This document shows, piece by piece, positions 48,442 to 57,617 of a DNA stretch of 64,000 bases; the stretch's first letter is position 1, and each line of letters opens with the position of its first letter. A program made the translations under genes and the position numbers. Origin of the DNA: Myxococcota bacterium (GTDB lineage: Bacteria; Myxococcota_A; UBA9160; UBA6930); the NCBI GenBank assembly GCA_965223705.1, contig OZ245015.1, positions 768,001 through 832,000 of the forward strand, in the 5' to 3' direction. A model generated the notes under the pieces. That model was not told the DNA's origin. It saw only the letters and a program-made list of their open reading frames with translations, and did no database searches.

Positions 48442-51030
48442 CTACTCGCCAGCCCGGCCCCCCTGAATCCAGCGCGTCAATTCGGGCTCGGCGCGCTCGA
48501 CCAGCGCAATGTCGAGATCGAAGCGCTCGAGGGCCTGGCGAACCGCCCGCGCCCCAGTTGGAACCGGGTTCTCGCGAAAGAAACGAGCGACGTCCCGCCG
48601 GTGACTTCGCGTGCCGAGCGCCGGTAGTGCATCGATGGGACGCGTGACCAGCATTGCGGGCATTCGCTGGCGAAGCTTCTTCCAACGCTTTTTCATGAAG
48701 GCCCAGGTGGCTTCTCGCGCTGCGGGATTCTGGACGAGTCGCGCCAAGAGAATCGCGACGTCCTGCGTCTCGACGTTCTCGAGGAGGTCGGCGAGGGAAC
48801 GTGCGATCAGAGCGGGATCGCGGAAGGAAGTCTGTGCGATGAGCATGCGCCGCCGAGCCTGCGGTGTGTCGGCGTCCGCGGCAGCTCGAGAGAAGCGTTC
48901 GAAGAGCGCGGCATCCCCGTCGCGGGCGGCTAAGTGCACGATCCCGTCGGCCAGGTTCGGATCGAGTGAACGCGGATCGCGCAGGTACGCGTCGCAACGC
49001 GCAGCGGCCGCGCGAATCATTTCTTCGTCGCCGCCGATCTGCGCGACGATGTCGAGTAGCGCCGCTCGGCGGAGACTCGCCAGGTCGTCGTCGCCCGCGC
49101 GGTCGAGCCCCAACTCACGCAACGCCGGGCCGAACACGTCACACACTTTTTGCCGGAAAGCGCGGGCGATTTCTTCGTCGCCCGCGATGCGGTCTTCCAC
49201 GAAACTGAGCGCCGGCACCAAACCGATCAACACGTCGGGATCCGCTTCCGAGCCAAACGCCATGGCCAAGTCGAGAAAGCTCGTGAGCGGAGCTTTCTCG
49301 GCTCGAACCGCGGCCCATTGATGGCCTACGAGCCCGAGTCGCTCGACCGCCGAGAGCGCGCGGATGTGCGTCGCCAGCCGTGCCAGTTCGTCCGGATGGT
49401 GCAGGGGGCGGAAGAAGCCACTCTCGTCGGCGTTGCCGTACACGAACCGCGGGGACGTGCTCTCGAGTTCGACCTTCCCGGAAGCGCCGGTGATCAGTTT
49501 GCGGGCCGTGCGCGTCCGGCTGCCTTTCGTTCCCACCCGGCCGATCCAGGGGATGGGCCAACGGGTTTGGTCCGCGGTGCGTCCACCGAGGGAAAATCGC
49601 TCTTGACGGAAGTGGAGCTCGGTTTTTCCGTCGCGCTCCTTGCGGCGAACCCGAACCAGGGGGAAACCCTCTTGTTCGATCCAGGCGCGAACGATGCGTT
49701 CGACGTCGAACCCCGCCGCTTCGGACAGGGCCTGCCACAGATCGGCGGCGACGGCGTTGCTTTCGCGGTGCCGGCGGATGTAGACGCGGACTCCGGCGCG
49801 AAAGACTTCGGGACCGAGATAGCGCTCGAGCATCCGAACCACCGACGCGCCTTTCTCGTAGGTGATGACGTCGAAATTTTCCGTCGCCTCTTCGGGAGTG
49901 CGTACCGCCGCGTAGATCGGGTGGCTGTGCCGCAGCGCGTCCGTTGTGAGGGCCGCCTGGCGGTAGTGCTGGAAGTCGTGCCACATGCGCCACTCGGGCT
50001 TCCACGCATCGACGATGTGGAAGGCCATCCAGGTGGCAAACGCTTCGTTCAGCCACAGATCGTCCCACCAGGCCATGGTGACGAGATCGCCGTACCACAT
50101 GTGCGCGAGCTCGTGACAGATCACTTCTGCGACTCGCTTCTTTTCCTGGGCGGTCGCCAGATGGGGGTCGACCAGGAGGAGCGTCTCCCGGAAGAAGACC
50201 GCGCCCGCGTTTTCCATGGCGCCGGCTTCGAAATCCGGCACGGCCACCAGGTCGAGTTTCTCGTAGGGGTAGGGCAGGTCGAAGTAGTTCTCGAGCCGGC
50301 CCAGGGTCTCGCGGGCGACCTCGAGCCCGAACTCCGAGAGCCCCTGTTTCCCGGGCACGTGCCAGATTCGAATCTCGGTATCACCGCAGGAGGTGGGCGC
50401 CGACGTCTCGAGTTCGCCGACCGCGAGGGCCAGCAAATACGTCGAAAGGGGAGGCGTAGGCTCGAAGTAGACGGTCTTCTTACCCCCCGAGAGGGGCTCC
50501 ACCTTCGCCGCAGGACTGTTGGACAGGACGGTGTTTCTTCGATCGGTCGTCACCGAGATCTCGAAGCGTGCCTTCATTCCGGGCTCATCGAGGCACGGGA
50601 AGAAGCGCCGGGCCTCGGCGGCTTCGAGTTGCGTGAAGGCGTATTTCCGTTTTCCCGCCCGCGCGGCGTAGAGCCCGCGCAGGTCGGTCCGGAGCTTTCC
50701 GCGAAACGCCATCGAGACCCGGACTTCACCCGCGGGTAAGCGATCCGGAAAATGGAGCTCGATTTTCTCCCGTTCGGGGTTCGCGACGATCGTGCCTCGG
50801 ACGGTTCCCGCCGTCGACTCGGCGCGGACACGCGAGATCCGAAGCCCGTCCGAGTGGAACTCGAGCGTGCTGCGGCGTCTGCCCAGACGCAACGTATGGG
50901 TAACTTCGCCGCGAAACTGGTCGCTGTGCTGGGGATCTACCTCGACATGCAACGAGACCTCGGTCGGGCGTACGTCCGCCGGCAAACGGATCCGCCTGCT
51001 CTTCTTGCGCTGGGTGGTGCGGCTCGCCAA
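48442..51030 (-). CDS. M1 family aminopeptidase with ERAP1-like C-terminal domain
   Basis: GAMEN, HELAH...LWLNEAFA and YEKG motifs. Confidence 0.93.
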   Translation of the reverse strand: MASRTTQRKKSRRIRLPADVRPTEVSLHVEVDPQHSDQFRGEVTHTLRLGRRRSTLEFHSDGLRISRVRAESTAGTVRGTIVANPEREKIELHFPDRLPAGEVRVSMAFRGKLRTDLRGLYAARAGKRKYAFTQLEAAEARRFFPCLDEPGMKARFEISVTTDRRNTVLSNSPAAKVEPLSGGKKTVYFEPTPPLSTYLLALAVGELETSAPTSCGDTEIRIWHVPGKQGLSEFGLEVARETLGRLENYFDLPYPYEKLDLVAVPDFEAGAMENAGAVFFRETLLLVDPHLATAQEKKRVAEVICHELAHMWYGDLVTMAWWDDLWLNEAFATWMAFHIVDAWKPEWRMWHDFQHYRQAALTTDALRHSHPIYAAVRTPEEATENFDVITYEKGASVVRMLERYLGPEVFRAGVRVYIRRHRESNAVAADLWQALSEAAGFDVERIVRAWIEQEGFPLVRVRRKERDGKTELHFRQERFSLGGRTADQTRWPIPWIGRVGTKGSRTRTARKLITGASGKVELESTSPRFVYGNADESGFFRPLHHPDELARLATHIRALSAVERLGLVGHQWAAVRAEKAPLTSFLDLAMAFGSEADPDVLIGLVPALSFVEDRIAGDEEIARAFRQKVCDVFGPALRELGLDRAGDDDLASLRRAALLDIVAQIGGDEEMIRAAAARCDAYLRDPRSLDPNLADGIVHLAARDGDAALFERFSRAAADADTPQARRRMLIAQTSFRDPALIARSLADLLENVETQDVAILLARLVQNPAAREATWAFMKKRWKKLRQRMPAMLVTRPIDALPALGTRSHRRDVARFFRENPVPTGARAVRQALERFDLDIALVERAEPELTRWIQGGRAGE

Positions 51031-51106
51031 CGGGGCTCCTCGAAAAATGGAACTCGGAAGTGTACGCCAGCCCCGGGCTCGCGGGACGATTAAGAATATC
51101 TATAAA

Positions 51107-51119
51107 AATCAACATGTTA
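51107..51119 (+). promoter_or_regulatory. Putative IHF binding site in a divergent promoter region
   Basis: AATCAACATGTTA matches WATCAANNNNTTR, with an upstream AT-rich tract in an otherwise GC-rich sequence. Confidence 0.5.
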
Positions 51120-51165
51120 CAAATTCCCCTCGTCGAAATGGCCCCGTCTGCCGAAAAACCCGGGA

Positions 51166-51720
51166 GTGGGACGAAGGACTTTCCGACGCCGGCCCGAGTG
51201 GGCCCTCTCGATCTTCGCGGCGGCGATCCTGCTGGCAATTCCCAACGCTGTGCTGGCTTTTGACTGCCCGAGCGCGCCAGAGGACGAGGTTCTCGCCCGG
51301 ATCAACGAAGTCCGCCGAGCGGACGGTTCCCCGGAGCTCCGCTGGGATCCCCGGCTCTTCGCCGCGGCGAGCCGACACACGGGGGACATGGCGGAAGCGC
51401 GGTTTCTGGCGCACCGCGGATCCGACGGTTCTCTACCGGCGCTTCGGATGCGCGATGAGGGGTACGACGCCGCCACCGCGGAAACCGTCGGCGCCGGTCA
51501 GGACGACCCCGCGTCGATCGTGGCTGCTTGGCTCGCCTCAAGCCGGCACGAAGAGATCCTGCGCTCCCCGCGTTGGACGCACGTGGGTATCGCCCACGCG
51601 GAGACCGATTCGAAGTACCGACACGTTTGGGCTGCGAACTTCGGTGCCGCTCCCAGGGGCTCGACGGCGAGGTCGCGCTGCGAGAACCCGCCCGCCGTGC
51701 CCGCTAGCGCGGCCGAGTAG
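51166..51720 (+). CDS. CAP (SCP) domain exported protein
   Basis: IN.VR, AA..H..DM, AHRGSDG, WLASSRH...L and W...FG motifs. Confidence 0.85.
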   Translation: MGRRTFRRRPEWALSIFAAAILLAIPNAVLAFDCPSAPEDEVLARINEVRRADGSPELRWDPRLFAAASRHTGDMAEARFLAHRGSDGSLPALRMRDEGYDAATAETVGAGQDDPASIVAAWLASSRHEEILRSPRWTHVGIAHAETDSKYRHVWAANFGAAPRGSTARSRCENPPAVPASAAE

Positions 51721-51788
51721 GCCCCGATACAGCAAAAACGCGCGAAGCTCTGTCCCAGCTGCCACAATCGGCGGCGAGGAGTTGCGCC

Positions 51789-52568
51789 GTGCCCGAGGAG
51801 ATCGAACGTCCTTCCCTGAAGGGCGCCGTCAAGGAAGCGTTTGATGACGTCGCGGAGAAGTACGCGTCGAGCGCCGTACACCGCGGGGGCCCAGAACTCG
51901 AGGCCCTGCTCGCGGTTGCGGCGCTTCGAGGCGACGAGGCCGTGCTCGACGCCGGCTGCGGGCCGGGACATACGGCACACGCCCTGGCGGCGGGCGCGGG
52001 CTCGGTCATAGGAGTCGATCTCTCACCGGCGATGCTCGAGCAAGCGCGCGTCCTGGCCCGTGAGAAGGGTCTCACCAACGCGTCATTCCAGGAGGGCGAT
52101 GTCGAGGCCCTCGAGTTCGCCGACGCGACGTTCGATCTGGTCACGTCGCGCTACAGCGCGCATCACTATCCGCGGCCCCAGCGCGCCCTCGAAGAATTCC
52201 ACCGCGTCCTCCGCCCGGGCGGACGCGTCCTGCTCGTCGATACGATTTCGCCCGAAGATCCGGGCCTCGACACGTTCATCAACCTGGTCGAATGGTTGCG
52301 CGATCACAGCCATATTCGCGATCACCGAGATTCCGAATGGCTCGCCATGTTCCGCAGCGTCGGTTTCGAGGCGCGGCTGGTCGGGGAATACCGCCTGGAT
52401 CTCGATTTCGAGAGCTGGGTCGACCGGATCGGAACACCGCAGGAAGGGAGGGACGCGCTCCGCTTTGTGCGCGAATGCGCGAGCCGCGAAGCGCGTGAGA
52501 CGTTCCGCCTCGATCCCGCGACCGGTTCTTTCGCGCTGTTCGTCAACTTGTACGAGGCGATTCGATGA
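51789..52568 (+). CDS. Class I SAM-dependent methyltransferase
   Basis: VLDAGCGPG, VDLS..ML, FDLV and RVLRPGG motifs. Confidence 0.88.
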   Translation: MPEEIERPSLKGAVKEAFDDVAEKYASSAVHRGGPELEALLAVAALRGDEAVLDAGCGPGHTAHALAAGAGSVIGVDLSPAMLEQARVLAREKGLTNASFQEGDVEALEFADATFDLVTSRYSAHHYPRPQRALEEFHRVLRPGGRVLLVDTISPEDPGLDTFINLVEWLRDHSHIRDHRDSEWLAMFRSVGFEARLVGEYRLDLDFESWVDRIGTPQEGRDALRFVRECASREARETFRLDPATGSFALFVNLYEAIR

Positions 52569-53911
52569 ACCCCGACGGTTCTCGCGAGCGTTGGTCCTCG
52601 AAGTTCGGTTTCGTGTTAGCGGCCGTCGGCTCTGCAGTCGGTCTGGGCAATATGTGGCGCTTCTCGTACCTGTCCGCCGAATACGGTGGCGCGGCGTTCG
52701 TGTTGCTCTACTTGATCCTGACCGCGTGTCTCGGGATCCCCGTCCTCCTGGCCGAGCTCTCGGTGGGCCGCGGCGCGGGCCGCAGCCCGATTGGCGCCCT
52801 CGCGCACTTCGGCGGGCCGGCTTGGAAACCGCTCGGTGCCTTGTTCGTCGCCGGCGGCGTTCTCATCTTGGCCTACTACAGCGTGATCGCAGGCTGGACG
52901 GTGCGTTACGCGTGGGACGCTCTGGTGTCCGGCCCGCCCGTCGATCCGGGCGCGCGTTTTGGGGAGATCTCCCAAGGTGCGGACGCGGCGCTCTGGCACT
53001 TGCTGTTCATGGCCGCGACCGTGTTCGTCGTTTCCGGCGGTGTTCGCGGTGGCATCGAGCGCGCCTCGCTCGTGATGATGCCCCTCTTGTTCGTGTTGGT
53101 CGCGGGCATCGCGGCCTACGCGGCGACCCTGCCCGGTGCGTCGGGAGGTTACGCGTACTATCTCTCGACAGATTTCGCCGCGGTCTTTTCTTTCGACGTG
53201 TTCCGCGCCGCGGCAAGTCAGGCGTTCTTCAGCTTGAGCCTCGGCATGGGCGCCATTCTCACCTATGCGAGCTACCTGTCGCGGGATGCCGATCTGCCGA
53301 GTCAGAGCGTGACGATCGCCGCCGCCGACTTCGGCGTCGCCTTCGTCGCCGGTCTGATGGTGTTTCCCTTGATTTTTGCGTTGGGTCTTTCCGGTTCGAT
53401 CATCGGAACAGCCGGTACGGAGAACGACGTCGGGACGGTCGGTGCTCTCTTTATCACGCTCCCTCAGGCGTTCCTCGCGATGGAAGGAATCGGTCGCGTG
53501 CTGGCGGTCTTGTTCTTTGTTGCGCTCGCGGTGGGAGCGCTGACGTCTGCCGTATCGCTTCTCGAAGTCGGGGTGTCGACGGTCATCGACAGTTTCGAGG
53601 TTTCGCGTCGAAGGGCGGCCGCGTTGCTCGGTGCCGGGATCGCGCTCCTGGGGCTCGCCCCGGCCTTCGACATCTCGGTCCTGGGTTTGATGGACCAACT
53701 GGCCGGAAATGTTTTTCTCGTCGTCGGAGGACTCCTGCTCTCTCTGTTCGTCGGTTGGCGTATGGACGACCCCGAAGGCGCGGTGCTGGGGGCCTCGGCC
53801 TACCGCCCCCGTTGGGTGCGTCCTTGGCGACTTGCACTGCGGTTTCCGGTACCCGCCGTTCTGGCCGTGGTCGCCTACTTCGCGGTGCGCGACTTGATCG
53901 ACGCGCTCTAG
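52565..53911 (+). CDS. Sodium-dependent transporter (NSS/SNF family)
   Basis: RERWSS.FGF.LAAVGSAVGLGNMWRF and QAFFSLSLGMG; many TM helices. Confidence 0.92.
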   Translation: MNPDGSRERWSSKFGFVLAAVGSAVGLGNMWRFSYLSAEYGGAAFVLLYLILTACLGIPVLLAELSVGRGAGRSPIGALAHFGGPAWKPLGALFVAGGVLILAYYSVIAGWTVRYAWDALVSGPPVDPGARFGEISQGADAALWHLLFMAATVFVVSGGVRGGIERASLVMMPLLFVLVAGIAAYAATLPGASGGYAYYLSTDFAAVFSFDVFRAAASQAFFSLSLGMGAILTYASYLSRDADLPSQSVTIAAADFGVAFVAGLMVFPLIFALGLSGSIIGTAGTENDVGTVGALFITLPQAFLAMEGIGRVLAVLFFVALAVGALTSAVSLLEVGVSTVIDSFEVSRRRAAALLGAGIALLGLAPAFDISVLGLMDQLAGNVFLVVGGLLLSLFVGWRMDDPEGAVLGASAYRPRWVRPWRLALRFPVPAVLAVVAYFAVRDLIDAL

Positions 53912-53915
53912 CTTT

Positions 53916-54383
53916 TCAGAGTTCGGGAAGGTCTCGGTCGAGCACGGTCATTCGGCCGTCGCGTCGCGCGTTCTCGATCGCCTCCCGACAGACGCGTCGG
54001 ACGACTTCGGAGAGCGGGGCGAGCACTCGATCCGACGTGTTGTAGCCCGATTCACGTCGAATAAATTCCTTGAGACGCGAAGCTACGACGAGGACCTCGT
54101 CGCTCGACGGACTGGCTGCTTCGCCGGCGTTCGGTCGTACGACGCGCCGCTTCCGTTTCGGTGCCGAGTCGCCTTCCGCCTCGGCCGACGCGGGCGCCTT
54201 CTTCTCGACGGCCCACGACTCTCGGTGATTCGCCCCGGGGACGTGTACCTCCCAACAATCGACGGAGCAGAAGACGAGCGACGTCCGTTTGCGATTGCAG
54301 GTCGACACGTTGCAAGCGTAGTACTCGGCTGAATAAGCGATTTCTTTTTTGCACACACTGCAGCGTCGCCAGTGTTCTTCCAT
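53916..54383 (-). CDS. Bacterial histone-fold protein with N-terminal ZZ-type zinc finger
   Basis: C8,C11,C24,C29,C39,C43,H47,H53 cluster; C-terminal EVLVVASRLKEFIR...NTS...ARRDGRMTVLDRD resembles Bdellovibrio histone Bd0055; GAGGA SD before ATG 54383. Confidence 0.82.
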   Translation of the reverse strand: MEEHWRRCSVCKKEIAYSAEYYACNVSTCNRKRTSLVFCSVDCWEVHVPGANHRESWAVEKKAPASAEAEGDSAPKRKRRVVRPNAGEAASPSSDEVLVVASRLKEFIRRESGYNTSDRVLAPLSEVVRRVCREAIENARRDGRMTVLDRDLPEL

Positions 54384-54432
54384 CGGTCCTCGTACCCCTT
54401 CTCGATCGTATCGGGCGAACGGCCAGTTTTCC

Positions 54433-55731
54433 TTACGGACTGGGTGTTGACCCGTGGTCCGCGAGAAACTCGAGAGCCAATCGGCTGAGAGATCGTACGC
54501 CGAGCTCGAGGGCACTCTCGTCGACGAAGAACTCCGGGGAGTGATTCGGGGCCGCGTCGGCTTCGGCGACGTCCGGTGGACGCACACCGAGCCAGAAGTA
54601 GACGCCGGGCGCCTCCCGCGCGAAGAACGAGAAATCTTCGGCGCCCGTGGCGGGTAACGCTTCGACGACGCGCCCGCTTCCCGCGACGGATTCGAGTACC
54701 GGCCGCGCCCACCGCGTGAGCTCCGGATCGTTCACTGTGACGGGGTAGCCGATATGGATGTCGACCTCGGCCCGCGCTCCTTCGGCTTCGGCGATTTTCA
54801 TCGCAGTCTCCGTAACCTTGGTCCGCACGTCCTTGGCGAGCTCTGGGTCGAGGCTGCGAATCGTGCCCGACAGCTCGACTTGGTCGGGGATGATGTTGTG
54901 GCGCACGCCGCCGTGAATCGCACCGATCGACACGATGGCGGGAATTCTCGCGTCGACGCGACGGTTGGGGATGCGCTGCAACGCCATCACGATTTGCGAC
55001 GCGACCGCGACGGAATCGACACCCAGCCAGGGATACGCCGCGTGCGTCTGGCTTCCGTGGACCACGATATGCAACCGGTCCGAGCCCGCCATCGCGCCGC
55101 CGCTGCGCAGGCCGATCTCTCCCGCAGCGAAGCGAGGCACGACGTGCAGACCGAACACCGCAGCGGGCTTCTCCTCGAAGACACCCTCCGAAAGCATCAG
55201 CTTCGCGCCTCCCTCTTCCCCCGGCGGCGCGCCTTCCTCGGCCGGTTGAAAGAGAAACTGCACTTCGCCTGCGATCCGATCTCGCATACCCGTGAGGACC
55301 CGGGCGACGCCGAGCAGCACCGCGGTGTGTGCGTCGTGACCGCAGGCGTGCATGACGCCGACTTCGCGCCCTAGGTACGTCGTTCGTACTTCGGATTTGA
55401 AGGGGAGGTCGTTTCTCTCCGTGACCGGCAGGGCGTCCATGTCCGCTCGCAGCGCCACCCGCGGGCCGGGCCGCGTGCCCCGCAAGAGCCCGACAACGCC
55501 GGTGTGCGCGATCTTTTCCTCGACTTCGAGGCCGAGCGCCCGGAGTTCCGTGGCGACGATCTCGGCGGTTCGGAATTCGCGATTTCCGAGTTCGGGGTGG
55601 CGGTGGAAATCGCGTCTCTGTTCGATGACGTCGTCTCGAATCGCGCGCGCGGCTTCGTCGACGGCGTTCGCGCGCGATTCCTCCTTCGCGGTGGTTGCAG
55701 CTGGGCCCAGAAGCCCGAGGCAAAAGATCAT
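54433..55731 (-). CDS. Exported M20D family amidohydrolase
   Basis: HRHPEL, LRADMDALP, MHACGHDAH, FQPAEEG, AEDF and NHSP motifs; start uncertain. Confidence 0.9.
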   Translation of the reverse strand: MIFCLGLLGPAATTAKEESRANAVDEAARAIRDDVIEQRRDFHRHPELGNREFRTAEIVATELRALGLEVEEKIAHTGVVGLLRGTRPGPRVALRADMDALPVTERNDLPFKSEVRTTYLGREVGVMHACGHDAHTAVLLGVARVLTGMRDRIAGEVQFLFQPAEEGAPPGEEGGAKLMLSEGVFEEKPAAVFGLHVVPRFAAGEIGLRSGGAMAGSDRLHIVVHGSQTHAAYPWLGVDSVAVASQIVMALQRIPNRRVDARIPAIVSIGAIHGGVRHNIIPDQVELSGTIRSLDPELAKDVRTKVTETAMKIAEAEGARAEVDIHIGYPVTVNDPELTRWARPVLESVAGSGRVVEALPATGAEDFSFFAREAPGVYFWLGVRPPDVAEADAAPNHSPEFFVDESALELGVRSLSRLALEFLADHGSTPSP

Positions 55732-55807
55732 GCTCGCTACGGCGGTACGGTGATGGTCCACGCGGCTCCCTGTGTCGTTCAGCAGGCGCGAGGGTATCGT
55801 CTCTCTC

Positions 55808-57280
55808 GTGTCCGTCCGAGTGCAGAGCGCGTCCGACGTGCCGCCGGCGCCCGGCGGCGCGGGCACCGGCGGAGGCGCGCTGCCCGCCGCCTGGATGTAT
55901 CTCGGCGGAGCGATTTGTTGGCTCTCCCTTTGGGGCGCTCCGAGCACGGGGCTTCGCATGCTCGGGCTGACGGGCGCGACGCTGCTTTCCGCGTGCGCGA
56001 TGGCCGCATTTCGATCGCCCGGGGACCGTCGCGGCGCGCACTTGGCGGCACTCGCGAGCGCGGGGTCGATGTGCCTCGCGGTGCCGCTGCTTCCAGCCGG
56101 CGCCTACAGCCACTTCCTCCTGCTCCTGGCGGTCGGTTTCGTCTGCTGGTTTGTCTCGGGTCGCGCAGCGGCCATTCCCAACGCGTCGGGACGCGTGAAT
56201 GGCGAGTCCTTCTATCTGTGGGCGCACGCCGGCGCGGACGCTGCGACCCTCGGTAGCTTTCACTTGAGGCTTGCTCGTACTCCGGTCGCCGAGCTCGCAC
56301 GGATTCGCGACGAGCTGGCACGCGCGCGGGCCGTGTGTCGCGAAGCCGGTTGGCTCGATCGACCGGAGACGTTCCATGCGGCGCCCCCGGAGCTCACCGA
56401 TGAAGACCTCGAGCGTCGCCACGGTCGGGCTGCGGGCCTTTCGTTCGAGCACTTGTCGGCCGAGAGTGGGTACCAGCCGCCGACCGCGCTGCCGGGGGCT
56501 GACCGATGGTCCGCGCGGGTCGCGAACCGCACCACGCACGCGTGGGTGGTGCGCGATGAAGAGCCGGCCGCACCGTGGATCGTGTGTGTTCACGGCTTTG
56601 GCTTGGGCCGACCGGCGCTCGACTTTCGCGCTTTTGGCGCCCGTTGGCTGCACCGCCAGCGGGGCTGCAATCTGCTTTTTCCGGTTCTGCCCTTGCACGG
56701 TCCCCGCGCGGACGGGTGGGTCAGCGGCAACGGCTTCTTCTCGGGAGATCCGCTCGACACGGTCCACGCGGTGGCACAGGGTGTACACGATATCCGGCGG
56801 TGGGCGGCTTGGGCCGCCCGGCAAGCGGAAGCGCCGCCCGCGATGTTCGGCATCTCACTCGGCGCGTATCACGCGGCGCTGGTCGCTTCCTTGGTGACCG
56901 CAGCCGAGGCGGTGGACGCTCTCGATCGCGTGTTGCTGGGGACGCCGCTCGTCGACATCGAAGAGACGTTGTGGGTTCACGGGCCCGCGTCTTGGAGAGA
57001 AGCAGCGACGGCGGCCGGGGTGTTCCGCGACGATCTGCGCGACCTCTATCGCGTCATTTCGCCCCTTCGCGTTCCCCCTCCGAAGATCGCCGCCGCGATG
57101 TTCGTCGCCTCTGCCGATCGGCTGATTACGCCGTGGCAAGCGCCTGCTCTCGCGAACCACTGGCCGCATGCGACGGTGGCCGAACTCCCCAGCGCCCACG
57201 TGACGTTTCGTCTGACCCGAGGCCTCCGCGGCGTGTTGGAAGCGCACCTTCCCGGGCGAGCGAATGCTTACCTCGGCTGA
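55808..57280 (+). CDS. Alpha/beta-hydrolase fold protein with N-terminal TM segments
   Basis: VHGFG, LPLHGPR and GISLGA nucleophile elbow, then D and H candidates; start uncertain. Confidence 0.7.
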   Translation: MSVRVQSASDVPPAPGGAGTGGGALPAAWMYLGGAICWLSLWGAPSTGLRMLGLTGATLLSACAMAAFRSPGDRRGAHLAALASAGSMCLAVPLLPAGAYSHFLLLLAVGFVCWFVSGRAAAIPNASGRVNGESFYLWAHAGADAATLGSFHLRLARTPVAELARIRDELARARAVCREAGWLDRPETFHAAPPELTDEDLERRHGRAAGLSFEHLSAESGYQPPTALPGADRWSARVANRTTHAWVVRDEEPAAPWIVCVHGFGLGRPALDFRAFGARWLHRQRGCNLLFPVLPLHGPRADGWVSGNGFFSGDPLDTVHAVAQGVHDIRRWAAWAARQAEAPPAMFGISLGAYHAALVASLVTAAEAVDALDRVLLGTPLVDIEETLWVHGPASWREAATAAGVFRDDLRDLYRVISPLRVPPPKIAAAMFVASADRLITPWQAPALANHWPHATVAELPSAHVTFRLTRGLRGVLEAHLPGRANAYLG

Positions 57281-57537
57281 ACGAGATCGATCGGATTGCA
57301 GTCGAGGCCCGAGGCGATGAGGCAGAGCGTTGCGTAGCTCACCGACTCGCCGTGCTCTTCGACCCCTGCGATCAAGTTCGGAGTCAGGGCCTCGGCGACA
57401 CCCGTAGCCCGCTCCGAAGCGTGCGCAATCGCCGTGCAGAGCTCGCGGCGAGACCAGCCGCGATCGTGACGCAAGCGGCGGATCGAGAGCCCGTCGGGAA
57501 TGACAGGCGACGCGTCGTCGTAGGTGAAAGAAATCAG
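57268..57537 (-). CDS. Small XRE-like helix-turn-helix protein
   Basis: IRRLRHDRGWSRREL...VEE...TL.LIASGL.C.P.DL; AAGGAG SD before a probable CTG start. Confidence 0.65.
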   Translation of the reverse strand: MISFTYDDASPVIPDGLSIRRLRHDRGWSRRELCTAIAHASERATGVAEALTPNLIAGVEEHGESVSYATLCLIASGLDCNPIDLVQPR

Positions 57538-57617
57538 CCCCGCTCCTTCTACGACAGCACGCCTAGCTCAGTTCTCGATCCAGCGCTATGACAGGGAGAC
57601 CTGCGGAGGAAGCTCGG

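Noticed and set aside
54384..54587. N-terminal extension of the histone ORF (223-aa call in the ORF track)
   Set aside because: Overlaps the amidohydrolase 3' end; a clear SD precedes ATG 54383
54083..56824. 913-aa minus-strand Arg-rich ORF
   Set aside because: Off-frame to the amidohydrolase and histone genes; no recognisable motifs
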